Shown: in pieces, positions 37,972-48,996 of the stretch
Numbering within the stretch: position 1 is the first letter of the stretch
Layout: each line of letters opens with the position of its first letter
NCBI GenBank assembly: GCA_051530055.1
Contig: JBMGUZ010000006.1
Location: 1 to 64,000 of the forward strand
Direction: 5' to 3'
DNA: 64,000 bases
DNA from: Neoechinorhynchus agilis
Taxonomy: Eukaryota > Animalia > Acanthocephala
Position numbers and translations under genes: made by a program
Notes under the pieces: model-generated
Seen by the model: the letters and a program-made list of their open reading frames with translations, nothing else
What the model was told of the DNA's origin: nothing
The model's database searches: none

Positions 37972-39129
37972 TTAGATCGTTCGTTTGTCCGATCGAAGTC
38001 TTGATATGAAATCCTTACCATTATCAATAGTATTATCGGAAGATCCCATTATACTACGCAGCATATCTGCTATTTTTCGGGACATATCAGTACAGAATGC
38101 CGAGTGGGCAGCCACTATAGGTCGAAACCTAATAGGGTTTTTGTGTACCTTGGCGAGAAGGTATAGTCTGGGCGTTTTTGCATCAGTAGAGCGAAGTGCT
38201 TTATAATCATCAGGAGGAAGCTTCCCTTGATTTTTCAATCTCAAAATAAATGAGTTGAATTCCCTTTCACGACTTTTTGTTTGGCATGTACTGAGCTGCT
38301 CAAACTCATTACCGTTGAGGATTTCAAGGCCTGCTTCTCGATATTGTTGTGAATTCGTAATACAATATCCATACCCCTTATCGATCTTGACCAAAACTAC
38401 ATCATTGATGTCCCTGAGAAGGTCCATTCCACGCTGCATTCTCCGGGAGATGTTAGAGTTAACATTCCTATTTTTAATAAATGAATCATAGTACTGTTCT
38501 ATCTTCCAAGTTGGTATATTCAGATTATCATATTCGAGTCGCGTTGCAAGTTTCTCTAGCTTGATTCTGTATTCAAACTTCTTAGGTGGCGTATAAGGAA
38601 TGAAATCGGGACCATAACTAAGTAGCTCCAGTACTTCGTCTGGCAGAATAATGTTCGACATATTATATACCTCATTCTTGTGATCAGAAGCAGTATAAAA
38701 TCTATTCTGGGTCAGTCGATTAAGCTTTCGAATATGGCGATTCAAAATACCTTTTTCTTCGATATCCATGTGATCTTTGACACAGAACTCTACAAGTTGG
38801 CAATATTCTGAACTTATCCATCTATTGACATTCTCTATGCAGTTATTATAGGAGATCGAATTGTTTTTGACATTGTTGACCATACATGAAATAGTATTAT
38901 CAAGCATGCGCTCCATCATGTACTTTTTCCGTAGCGAATTGTCAAAACCAAGAGCAGGTGATCTTAGATGAAGGAAACTTGGAAAAACACCATAGTTTTT
39001 GCAGTCCCTTAAGAAATCAAGAGCCATCAGTGATCTCATATTCCTCAGACCAAATTTGTCCAATTCCCTTACCGCTTGAAGAGCAGACTCCCCATATATC
39101 TGCTTTATACTGTTGAAGATAAAATCCAT
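37972..39129 (-). CDS. PLE A ORF: N-terminal domain and first RT motifs, truncated
   Basis: ORF track, 385 aa; ATG lies immediately after the 5' pLTR. Confidence 0.85.
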   Translation of the reverse strand: MDFIFNSIKQIYGESALQAVRELDKFGLRNMRSLMALDFLRDCKNYGVFPSFLHLRSPALGFDNSLRKKYMMERMLDNTISCMVNNVKNNSISYNNCIENVNRWISSEYCQLVEFCVKDHMDIEEKGILNRHIRKLNRLTQNRFYTASDHKNEVYNMSNIILPDEVLELLSYGPDFIPYTPPKKFEYRIKLEKLATRLEYDNLNIPTWKIEQYYDSFIKNRNVNSNISRRMQRGMDLLRDINDVVLVKIDKGYGYCITNSQQYREAGLEILNGNEFEQLSTCQTKSREREFNSFILRLKNQGKLPPDDYKALRSTDAKTPRLYLLAKVHKNPIRFRPIVAAHSAFCTDMSRKIADMLRSIMGSSDNTIDNGKDFISRLRSDKRTI

Positions 39130-39170
39130 ATGTTTGAGATATGGGAATTTGAAGAAAGAATTAATTTATT

Positions 39171-39214
39171 GAATTGAATATTTCGATCCAAACTAGGATC
39201 TTCTTCAGCAATTC
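39171..39214 (-). ncRNA. Minimal type I hammerhead ribozyme in the 5' pLTR of PLE A
   Basis: Same core and stems as 37645-37688. Confidence 0.85.
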
Positions 39215-39434
39215 TAAAAAAGGAGGGGCAGGGAATGCCAAAAACTATCACACGTTGATCTTATCGGGTGGAATCCGAAGCTTCAATCTGTAATCCGGCT
39301 TGTTTCCATCAAAAATGGAATGGATGAGCAATAAAAAGCTTTTTCCAAAAATAATATCTGGAAAATATTATTGCTAACATCAAAATTCGCATTCGATGCC
39401 CTAAGGTGTTGAATGGAGGTTTCGAGCATCGTTG

Positions 39435-40395
39435 TAGGACTTGGCAATGAAAGATTGTATTTTATCAACTTGAATTTTCGGCCTGCTCGCTGGCCTTCTT
39501 CAGAATCTAAAATACATTCACACGGTCACTGTTGAATCTTTTGCCCCCTCGTGAATATATCGGGCGGTACCCGTAGGTTGAGGGTGTAATCGGCCTTATT
39601 ATGCGTGGATGTGTTTAATTGTTGAATAAAAGTGGCCTCCATCGCAGTCCTGTCCCTACGGTTTCCGTTCCTCGCAAGGATTTCAGCCCTCTCAAAATTG
39701 ATCCTATGTCCATTATCTATGATGTGATGAACTATTGTCGAGTTCGTATTCGTAATTTTGCTGACTGCTTTTCGATGCTTCGTCAATCGTCTCTTGATAT
39801 TATATGTTTGTCCGATATAAGATTGATCGCAGTCTAGGTGTGGGAATTGATCATTTCCTCTTTTTCGGGTCCTAAGAGACTGTTTTGTGTACGCCCTTTT
39901 TTGTCCAATATAATTTGCATTCCTTTTTTGTGTCAAGTCGTTTGATTAGAGATTCCATCTTTGAATTCCAATCCCCATTTATGCATGGGACTACAATGTA
40001 TCTTTTTTCCTCATTTGCCATTGATTCCCTTGTTTTAATTAGCCTTGCATCCTTCCTCGCTCTTGCGATGTATTTCTTTGGGTACCCACCTCTTCTGAAG
40101 ATATTCCATAGTCGATCCGGTTCGTTCTTGAGGGGTACCATCGTCTGAGCAGTATCGATATGCCCTGATAAATAGCGATCGAGTCTTTGATATCTTGTAT
40201 TTTTGTGGTTGGGCAGAGATCCAAGGAACAACCTGATGTGGGCACCTTGTTTAATGGGGAGCACGGTCCCCAACTGAACAAAGAACTTATTGGGATGAAC
40301 AAGCACATACAATGGACACACGAACAAGAATAATGGGTTGCCTTACAATTCCTAGATGTCAACATTAAGATTAACTTGGATGGCACTTTCTGGAG
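39435..40395 (-). mobile_element. Penelope-like element B: 5'-truncated and 5'-inverted; thumb plus GIY-YIG endonuclease plus hammerhead
   Basis: SAQPQKYK..RSLFIRAYRYCS...GGYP, YIGQT..IKRRLTKH...EILAR...MEATFI on the minus strand; IQWTHEQE...FLDV...GTF on the plus strand at ~40225-40395. Confidence 0.85.
39456..39516 (-). ncRNA. Minimal type I hammerhead ribozyme 3' of the PLE B endonuclease ORF
   Basis: TGTATTTTA gatt CTGAAGA A GGCC agcgagca GGCC GAAA ATTC aagttga TAAAATACA: 9-bp distal stem I with internal loop, palindromic AAUU stem III. Confidence 0.85.
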
Positions 40396-41734
40396 TAATG
40401 CCAATTATTAGACTAAATGTGTTCAGTGCGCACAAGAACAGATTCGAGTCGTCTACATTGGGAAGATGGACGTATTTGTGAACAGTTTCGTAATGCTTTA
40501 CCTAAAGAATGCCACTTCCTTTTCAGTTGGCTTCGCGGCTCAGTACCTTCAAGATGCATTAACCCGCTTGGTCGATCGACAGTGAGAGCGAGGGCTCAAA
40601 TTCTAGATCAGAAATCCATGGGACACGATCTTATTTTATTTGAATTTGGACAGTTCGATCTAAAGACTAAAGTGGTTTTCAATGACAAGAATATCAGATG
40701 GGTGGGTTATAAGATGTTGGGTTAGTTCGTCGTTCTCAACCCCCAAGAAATTACGCTATTGATCTCGGAACGACGTGAGAACCTTCCTCCTGACTTTTGG
40801 CAAACGAGACCGTGTCGCCCGGAAACATCAACCAAAGAACCACATCGACAGCGATGGAGCGTGCAGATCGGGAGACCAAGTCTCAAGGAAACTGCGATCC
40901 TCGTTACCTCATCAGTGAGAAGAGTTCCCATGGATGCCAGAGGAACTGCCTCCAACCACGCCCCGATTTTCGTGTCGAAATTGCCGACAATCTGGCTCGG
41001 ACGACCCCATCGCGAAAACCTGAAAGTAGTGAGCTGTGAGCTCTCGCGGCGAGAGGTATTTCCCAGATCAACTGTCTGACGCCATTCACGGGAACATGGT
41101 TAGCGCCTGTCTGCTGGCACCATTCTTCAACTGCCACCACAAATTCTTGGTCGAGACAAAACTTTTCCCTCAGAATTTTCTTCGCTATTGGTTGACTCCC
41201 CTCAAACAATCCAAGAAAGGATGGCAAGGTCTACTAGCGCCCGAATGCCCATTCCCCCAGATGACACAGACAATGAAGATTGTCGCCACGAAAACAATGA
41301 ATTAAACTCGTTAAGACGACCAAGTGACGGAATTAATGGATATGGACGAAGACATGGGTTGACCTTTCATTCCTAGAGTGAGTCATGAACACCTCGGGAA
41401 CATACAACAAAAACCTCAACATCGTGCGAATTCAAGCGATTCACAGTACCTCGATACCAAGTTAAAAAAAGCCATTTTCGATCTCAATAACGACGAACCC
41501 CGTTCAACCCAGGGAATCCCTTAACAAGGCTTACGCAGCGCCGTAGCTCAAATCACTCAAAGACGATTACAGTCATATTAAGTCAATTTCGCTCAATGGT
41601 GGAGTTTTGAAAATTCACTTCATCTCCGATTTATTTAAGAAACAATTGAGGAGTTTTTCCTTACTAGATTTCAGGAAGATCCTAGCCTGCAATACACGGA
41701 TTCAAGCTATACATCTACGTTCATCGTTTCTCCA

Positions 41735-42175
41735 TACTCCTTTAAGATACCGCCAATCATCGTTCGATTTACCGAATCGAAAGCTCGACGGAAATCAACA
41801 AATACCAGCGTCACATCCGTTTGATGAATTCGTGCCTCCTCGAGGATCCTCCTCAAAGCAAATATGTGCTCTGTGGTGCCTCGACCTTTCCTGAAGCCGT
41901 TCTATTCAATTCTTAGAAACGGTTCTAGGATTGGCTGAATTCGGCGTCTCAAAATGCTGCTGAAAAGTTTTGCCGTGTTGGACATCAAGGATATACTTCT
42001 ATAGTCCTCCACATTTGTCGAGCAGCATTTCTTGGGGATCATTGTTAAATGCGCCGTTTGCCAGATTTGAGGTACTGAGCCACCATTCATTATGCCATTC
42101 ATTATCGGTATGATTTTTCTGACAATAGATTCAAACCTCAGTCCCTCTGCCATTATCCCATCTGGGCCTATCGAT
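41735..42175 (-). mobile_element. RTE-clade non-LTR RT fragment
   Basis: GPDG...VPQIWQTAHLTMIPKK...DYRSISL..AKLFS.IL, then NGFRKGRGTTEHIFALRRILEE...LVFVDFRRAFDSV. Confidence 0.8.
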
Positions 42176-43265
42176 ATGTGAGATACCGGGGAATGTGATT
42201 AGCCGTCTATTACTAACAAACTGATGATGAACCCGACGAGCTGAGGTAGAATCAAATAACTCCTCCCAACTCTTCTCAATGGTATCGCGTTGTCTCTAAG
42301 AAAAAATTCGTTCCTTCGCAGCAAGCAGCTACATTGTGGATTAAAACCTCGGGCCTCAACAACGTGGTCAAAACTCTTTGTGACTTTCATTCTGAAGAAT
42401 GCTTACCAGCATTATATGCAGTTTCCTTGCCTATCAAACCAAGACGCCATGATCTTTAAGCCTTTGATATTGTTCAATTGTGGAGATCAAGGGATAAGAT
42501 TTTCGATAACGGCTCATCAATATGTTTGAAAGCCACGAATGTACTCGACAAGGCCAACATCACCGATATCGCTAAAGCTATGGTCAGTGCGTCTCCGGAC
42601 GAATGGGCTCATATGAACCTCTCGAAGCGTATTTTTCTCATCAAAGAGAAAGGAAAAAGGTTGTAGCTGGTGGAGATGGTCGTCTGTTTTACCTAAAAGT
42701 TATCTGTGCTCGAAGTTCCACATAATCAAATCATCTACCGTGCGAAGATAAACCACTGATTGGGCTTATGCTAAAAGCTTGAGCCATCACGCTCTCGGCC
42801 TGAGGCACAGATCCAAATAAGTCGTCGAATTATTCGAGGAGAAAGTGGGGTATTGAGATGAAATAATCTCGATCGAGACAGTAGACCTGATTGCTCCTTT
42901 CAAGCACTTTGATGAAGGATCATTAAGGTCAACGAAGACGAAATCTACTCCTGAATTCAAAATATTTCTTTAGAGCTCTTTCGTTTGTGGTATATGAAAT
43001 TTACGAAGCCGGATTTAGATATTGTGGACCGAAACGTTCCTTCCACAGTACAAGAACCAAAATAAAAAGCATGGGAAGTCGAAGGAGTCTAATTGGGAGA
43101 TTAGTCGGGGATTGAAAATTAGTTTGAAAAGCGATAAAATTCCATGTGACTATCAGCGACTGAGGGTGTAATAGAAATCCCGAAATGATCTTATAATTAC
43201 ACTTTCGGTGAGAATAAACCCGGTCATTACATGTTTTATTTATTCGAAATATTTCGCGAGGTATT

Positions 43266-43314
43266 TTTAGATGACTGAAGAGGCGTGGATACCTCGCGAA
43301 ATATTTCGGATAAA
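43266..43314 (+). ncRNA. Candidate orphan minimal hammerhead ribozyme within a 29-bp-arm fold-back
   Basis: tttaga tga CTGAAGA G GCG t GG ata CC t CGC GAAA TATT tcg ga taaa; same GAAATATT stem III as the PLE A motif. Confidence 0.6.
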
Positions 43315-43318
43315 TAAC

Positions 43319-45660
43319 CTGTGCTCGATGTCCTCTCGTATGGATGGCCACCAACAATAATACCTTTCTAGGTCTTTCATTGTTGTTATCCCGGGGTGTC
43401 CAGTATGTAAGACATCAAGTGCTTTATTCCTCAATGCCTGGGCGATTATAAGGCGTTGCAACCATAGGATGACTCCGTCCTCTACTGAAAGCTCTTGTCT
43501 GCGAGACGAATATTTATGTAGTTCCGGAGGGGCCAACCACTCACTAAGTTGAAAAACTGCCGGAGCTGAGCTGATTCCAAATGGCAGTCGTTTGTATCGG
43601 AAAAATCCTCGATGGGTCGAGATTGTCAAGTATTTCCTAGAGTCCGCGTTGGCAGGTAGTTGTAGATAAGCATCTTTCAAATCGAGCCTTGAATACTACT
43701 CACCTCCCGCTATTTGGTTGACGATCTCTTCCCATGTAGGAATGGCGTAGTTATCGATTGTTAGATGTGGATTAATTGTTACTCTAAAGTCTCCGCATAT
43801 CCTGATATCACCACTGGTTTCCTTGCAATCACAATCGGCGCAGCCCAATCGATAGAGTCTTTACGTAGATCCACTTTCTCCAGCACATCTCATTCTAACT
43901 GCCTTATCAACTCGTTTTCTACTTTGTTCTTCAATGTCAGTGGAATTCTTCGACTTGCACATCTTCTCGGTGTGGCATTGGGTTCTATTGCTAGTGATAT
44001 TTCGGTATTATTGACAGGAGTATTCGATTCATCGAAAATCGACTTATTCTTCAATAGTAGCTGATCGATTGAGGTAACGACCGAATCGATATCTGATTCT
44101 GTTTGCTGGCTATCAAGCCTGTGGCATACGACATCAGGCCAAGGAACTTCGAAAACGTCTATCCAAGGACGCCCAAATAGACTATACTTCCCGTTTCGTA
44201 CCACCATGACTTCTAACTGCTTTTGTCTTTCTCCCAAACTCGCATTGATATTGCATTTTCCCAGGGTTACTAACCGTTTGCCACCATACGCCTTGAGGGG
44301 TTTGGCAGCATTCAAAGTTGGCTGGCCTATTCTACGCCAATATGTCATAGTCAACACCGATACACTGGCACCAGTATCATACTCCATCGTTATTTGTATC
44401 CCATTTATTTGGACATCTATTCTTGGAATCTGATTCTCCACTATCGTTGTGTGGTTTGCATCCATTATCTTATTTAGTTCTTCAATTTGATCTACTGGGT
44501 ACCTTGATCGGCAACACGATCTGAAATGACCCGTCCTTTAGCGTTTGAAACAACTCTTGTTCTTTGCTGGACACTGATATTTCGTGCTCTATTCCACATC
44601 TTTTACAGCGTTGTTTAGGTCTTTTCTCCCTCTGATCACGTGTATTATGCCGTTTTCGAATCATGTCAATTTCAAAAAACTTTCCGTCTTGCATATATTT
44701 TGCTGTGTACGAATCATTCGGAAGTTCTTGACCTACATACTGCTTCCTCCACGACGTATTCTTTATCATTTCAAACGTTTCACAAATCTTCATCACGCCG
44801 CTCAAAGAAGGTGCTGCCATTTGCAAAATTTTGTTCCTCGCCTCATCGTGTGGCGTTCCAATCGCTATCTGGTCTCTGATCTGGTCTTCGATCGCATCTT
44901 TTTCCGAATTGATGGATTTATTGAAAAATTGACACAATCCAGCTTCTTCTCGTAGGTCTACAATCCATGATGCATAAGATTGACCATTTTTCATTTCGTA
45001 TTGACTAAATGCGAAACGCGCAGCGACGATATGGATTGGGCGTGAGTGATGGGTATCCAGCAATTCTATTAATTCATGGTAATCATAATGGTTGACATCT
45101 TTTCCCGTATTTAGACTTGACAGTAGTTGGTATGCCGAGGGCCCAATCCATGATAGGAACATGTTTCTCATCATTAGTCGATCGGTGACATTTTGAGCAG
45201 CAAAGTGGAACCCGATTTGTTGTTTGTAGCTTCGCCGGCTTTCTTTTTCCTCAAGAAAGCGCCGGAATCCCGTTGCTCGCACATTATCCTTCCTGGCAGT
45301 CGTGTTCGAATTGGCTAGAGACTCATTTATTTGACCATATTTTACAATATTCAGTTCTATTCACTTACATGATATAAATTACATTATCATTAAGTAGAGT
45401 GGACAAGTTGCTTAAATTGGTTAGGATACTGCTTACTTTAGATTGACTATATTCTTACAGCGTATACTCAAGCTTAAGGCGTAGCTCAAACTTGCTTACG
45501 TCCGGAAGCAACTGTTCTAATAATTGTTGCTGTTATTGGAGAATTGTTCTTAATAAACCACTCTCGTCGCCAGTTGTGGTAGCCATACAACAACAACTTG
45601 TTTATTATTCGAAGTCCGTCTTCCAACTAGCACACGCTATCTATATGTGTGTGGTCCGAA
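43319..45660 (-). mobile_element. Inverted copy of the Mag-like Gypsy element, truncated in the integrase zinc-finger region
   Basis: gag 44482-45282, protease 43890-44465 and RT-INT fusion 43267-43680 are nearly identical to the left copy. Confidence 0.9.
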
Positions 45661-47084
45661 TCGATATTCAAAGAGTATAAAGGGCAAAATATTTAATTGG
45701 CTGGAAACTGTATTCATCGGAAATGATAGTAAAATCCTCATCGGTAAGCTCCGGCGCAACCTGTGTTCGTTATTCAGATCGGCCACAGCCGCTGATCTAC
45801 AGAACATATTGGCTTGCTTTGACGCAAACTTCCTTGGTATAAAAGATTTTGTGATGAGATGACTAGAAGAGGCGTCAATTAATATTTTATTGAAAACTTC
45901 TCAGGAGACCTTCGAAGATGATGACCGAGTTTTTGATATGAGATAGATGAAGAGATTAATATATGTTCCGTTTAAATTGATTTTATCCTTGATCTTTATA
46001 CCATTATATGAGAAACAGATCATGGGTAAAACTTTCTTTAGGAAAAATCCGTCTAAATAGTAAGTATAATTATGAAAGGATGGGAATTTTGGTAGGTGTA
46101 GTAAATGGTTGTTAAAAAGTCCCAAGATATTTGCTATTAAAGTCTGCAATAATTATATCCGTGTCCCAAAAAGGGGGTTTTCATCTGGGTTTTAATAAAA
46201 AAGAGACCTTGCGTGGGTTAATGTAAGCGAATAGGAGAAGTTGGCAAAGTTTGGAGTTTTTGTTTGAAAGAGTAATTTAGCCTCACGATTTTTGCTTAGA
46301 ACGGATTGTAACCCTCTTGAGAAATCCAAGCGGTTTCCATTGGGTGATGAACTAAAATTTAAGAGCAAGGAATCATATTTACTGTTATTGACTAGTAAAC
46401 ATGACCCAGTCTCTTGAAAAAATAAATGATCAGGATTTGAGAATGCGAAAAAGGGCAAAAGGAGTCTGGGGAGCGATTGGGACGAAATGCATTGTAAGTG
46501 ACAAATGAAAAATCTAGATTACTATTGGTTGGGAAATTATTCATTTTTATGAAGGTTTGCCCTTTTTTTATCAAAAGAGGAGTGTGAGGAGAGATGCCAT
46601 TTTGACGAGGCTGGATCAGAGCCTTCTTGAGTGGTTACGCTAAGAATATCAATTGCATCTTTTGGGACTATGCTTTCGTTAAAAGGGAGTCCACATTTTT
46701 ATGCGGCAGAGAGCTTAGTGAGTTGTTATTTACAATGTCAAGTGCTGCCTTATCCCAGGCTATATTCGGGGGAATGAATGTTGCTTTAATCATAGGAGAT
46801 GAAGGGATGTTTGAGACTTCCTTACTTGTAGAGAAGGAATCCTTTATTATTCGAAAGTTAGAAAGTGAATTTACAAATAGATTGTGGTTGTTTGGAAGGA
46901 CATATTCGAACGTAAGCGGGTGATTAGGAGTAATTACAGAAGCACGGACGAGAAGGGCGGTGAACAGCCTGTTATTCCCGGTGGTACTCCCGGAATTATG
47001 AAAGGATCGATATTGCTTACCTGCTCAATAACCGGAAGTTTAACACACTCACGCTCACGAGATTGAGCTTCATCATAATGACGA

Positions 47085-48996
47085 TCCCCCGGTATGGACC
47101 ATTCACCAGCGAAGTAAGTAGTGATATTCAATGGTCAGTTGAGCAAGAGGAAAATGGTCGCATCTCTTTCATGGATCGGGCAAAAAGAGGCACATTCGAA
47201 AGGTTGATGTACCATAAACCTAACTCACCTTGAAGACCCCCAGTATGGACCAGTCATAAGCGAAGTAGTGATATTCAATGGTCAGTTGAGCAAGAGGAAA
47301 ATGGTCACATCTCTTTCATGGATCGGGCAAAAAGAGGCACAGTCGAAACGTTGATGTACCATAAACCTAACTTACCTTGGAGACCCCCAGTATGGACCAG
47401 TCATTAGCGAAGTAGTGATATTCAATGGTAAGTTGAGCAAGAGGAAAATGGTCACATCTCTTTCATGGATCGGGCAAAAAGAGGCACAGTCGAAACGTTG
47501 ATGTACCATAAACCTAACTTACATTGGAGACCCCCGGTATGGACCAGTCACCAGCGAAGTAAGTGGTGATATTCAATGGTCAGTTGAGCAAGAGGAAAAT
47601 GGTCACATCTCTTTCATGGATCGGGCAAAAAGAGGCACATTCGAAAGGTTGATGTACCATAAACCTAACTCACCTTGGAGACCCCCAGTATAGACCAGTC
47701 ATTAGCGAAGTAGTGATATTCAATGGTCAGTTGAGCAAGAGCAAAATGGTCACATCTCTTTCATGGATCGGGCAAAAAGAGGCACATTCGAAAGGTTGAT
47801 GTACCATAAACCTAACTCACCTTGAAGACCCCTGGTATGGACCAATCACCAGCGAAGTAAGTGGTGATATTCAATGGTCAGTTGAGCAAGAGGAAAATGG
47901 TCGCATCTCTTTCATGGATCGGGCAAAAAGAGGCACATTCGAAACGTTGATGTACCATAAACCTAACTTACATTGGAGACCCCTGGTATGGACCAATCAC
48001 CAGCGAAGTAAGTGGTGATATTCAATGGTCAGTTGAGCAAGAGGAAAATGGTCGCATTTCTTTCATGGATCGGGCAAAAAGAGGAACATTCGAAACGTTG
48101 ATGTACCATAAACCTAACTTACATTGGAGACCCCCGGTATGAACCAGTCACCAGCGAAGTAAGTGGTGATATTCAATGGTCAGTTGAGCAAGAGGAAAAT
48201 GGTCACATCTCTTTCATGGATCTCGCAAAAAGAGGCACATTCGAAAGGTTGATGTACAATAAACCTAACTTACATTGGAGACCCCAGTATGGACCAGTCA
48301 TTAGCGAAGTAGTGATATTCAATGGTCAGTTGAGCAAGAGGAAAATGGTCACATCTCTTTCATGGATCGGGCAAAAAGAGGCACAGTCGAAACGTTGATG
48401 TACCATAAACCTAACTTACCTTGGAGACCCCCAGTATGGACCAGTCATTAGCGAAGTAGTGATATTCAATGGTAAGTTGAGCAAGAGGAAAATGGTCACA
48501 TCTCTTTCATGGATCGGGCAAAAAGAGGCACAGTCGAAACGTTGATGTACCATAAACCTAACTTACATTGGAGACCCCCGGTATGGACCAGTCACCAGCG
48601 AAGTAAGTGGTGATATTCAATGGTCAGTTGAGCAAGAGGAAAATGGTCACATCTCTTTCATGGATCGGGCAAAAAAGAGGTACAGTCGAAACGTTGATGT
48701 ACCATAAACCTAACTCACCTTCGAGACCCCCAGTATAGACCAGTCATTAGCGAAGTAGTGATATTCAATGGTCAGTTGAGCAAGAGGAAAATGGTCACAT
48801 CTCTTTCATGGATCGGGAAAAAAGAGGCACATTCGAAACGTTGATGTACCATAAACCTAACTTACATTGGAGACCCCCAGTATGGACCAGTCATTAGCGA
48901 AGTAGTGATATTCAATGGTCAGTTGAGCAAGAGGAAAATGGTCACATCTCTATCATGGATCGGGCAAAAAGAGGCACAGTCGAAACGTTGATGTAT
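47085..48996 (+). repeat. Tandem satellite with 147/151-bp units, ~13 copies
   Basis: 13 recurrences of ttgatgta at ~147-151-bp spacing. Confidence 0.95.

Larger units (their letters stand above)
37606..39320 (-). mobile_element. Penelope-like element A: two direct ~195-bp pseudo-LTRs, N-terminal ORF plus RT start joined by deletion to the GIY-YIG C-terminus
   Basis: 385-aa ORF with KIDKG, PRLYLLAKVHK.P..FRPIVA; then IGQT...SAVVSH...GH.IDF...MEAVYI; repeat 37606-37800 ~ 39131-39320; interrupts the dispersed host module. Confidence 0.9.

Noticed and set aside
35400-40400. Terminon/Athena giant telomeric retroelement
   Set aside because: The PLEs here carry GIY-YIG endonuclease, the other RTs are non-LTR type, and there are no telomeric repeats
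46760-46810. PIF1/Helitron helicase motif in FGGMNVALIIGD
   Set aside because: Spacing is off by one, QLPPV is absent, and I found no Walker A or Rep motifs
46498-47030. UGA=Trp alternative code: several frames (46498-47030, 55305-55700, 10914-11340) are interrupted only by TGA
   Set aside because: A rough estimate gives several such TAA/TAG-free runs by chance at this composition, and the long RT, PLE and PPGF ORFs use only TGG for Trp
47085-48996. CRISPR array or hammerhead-containing satellite (unit has acatc...GAAACGTT gatgt)
   Set aside because: No unique spacers and no cas genes; no CUGANGA core at the required position
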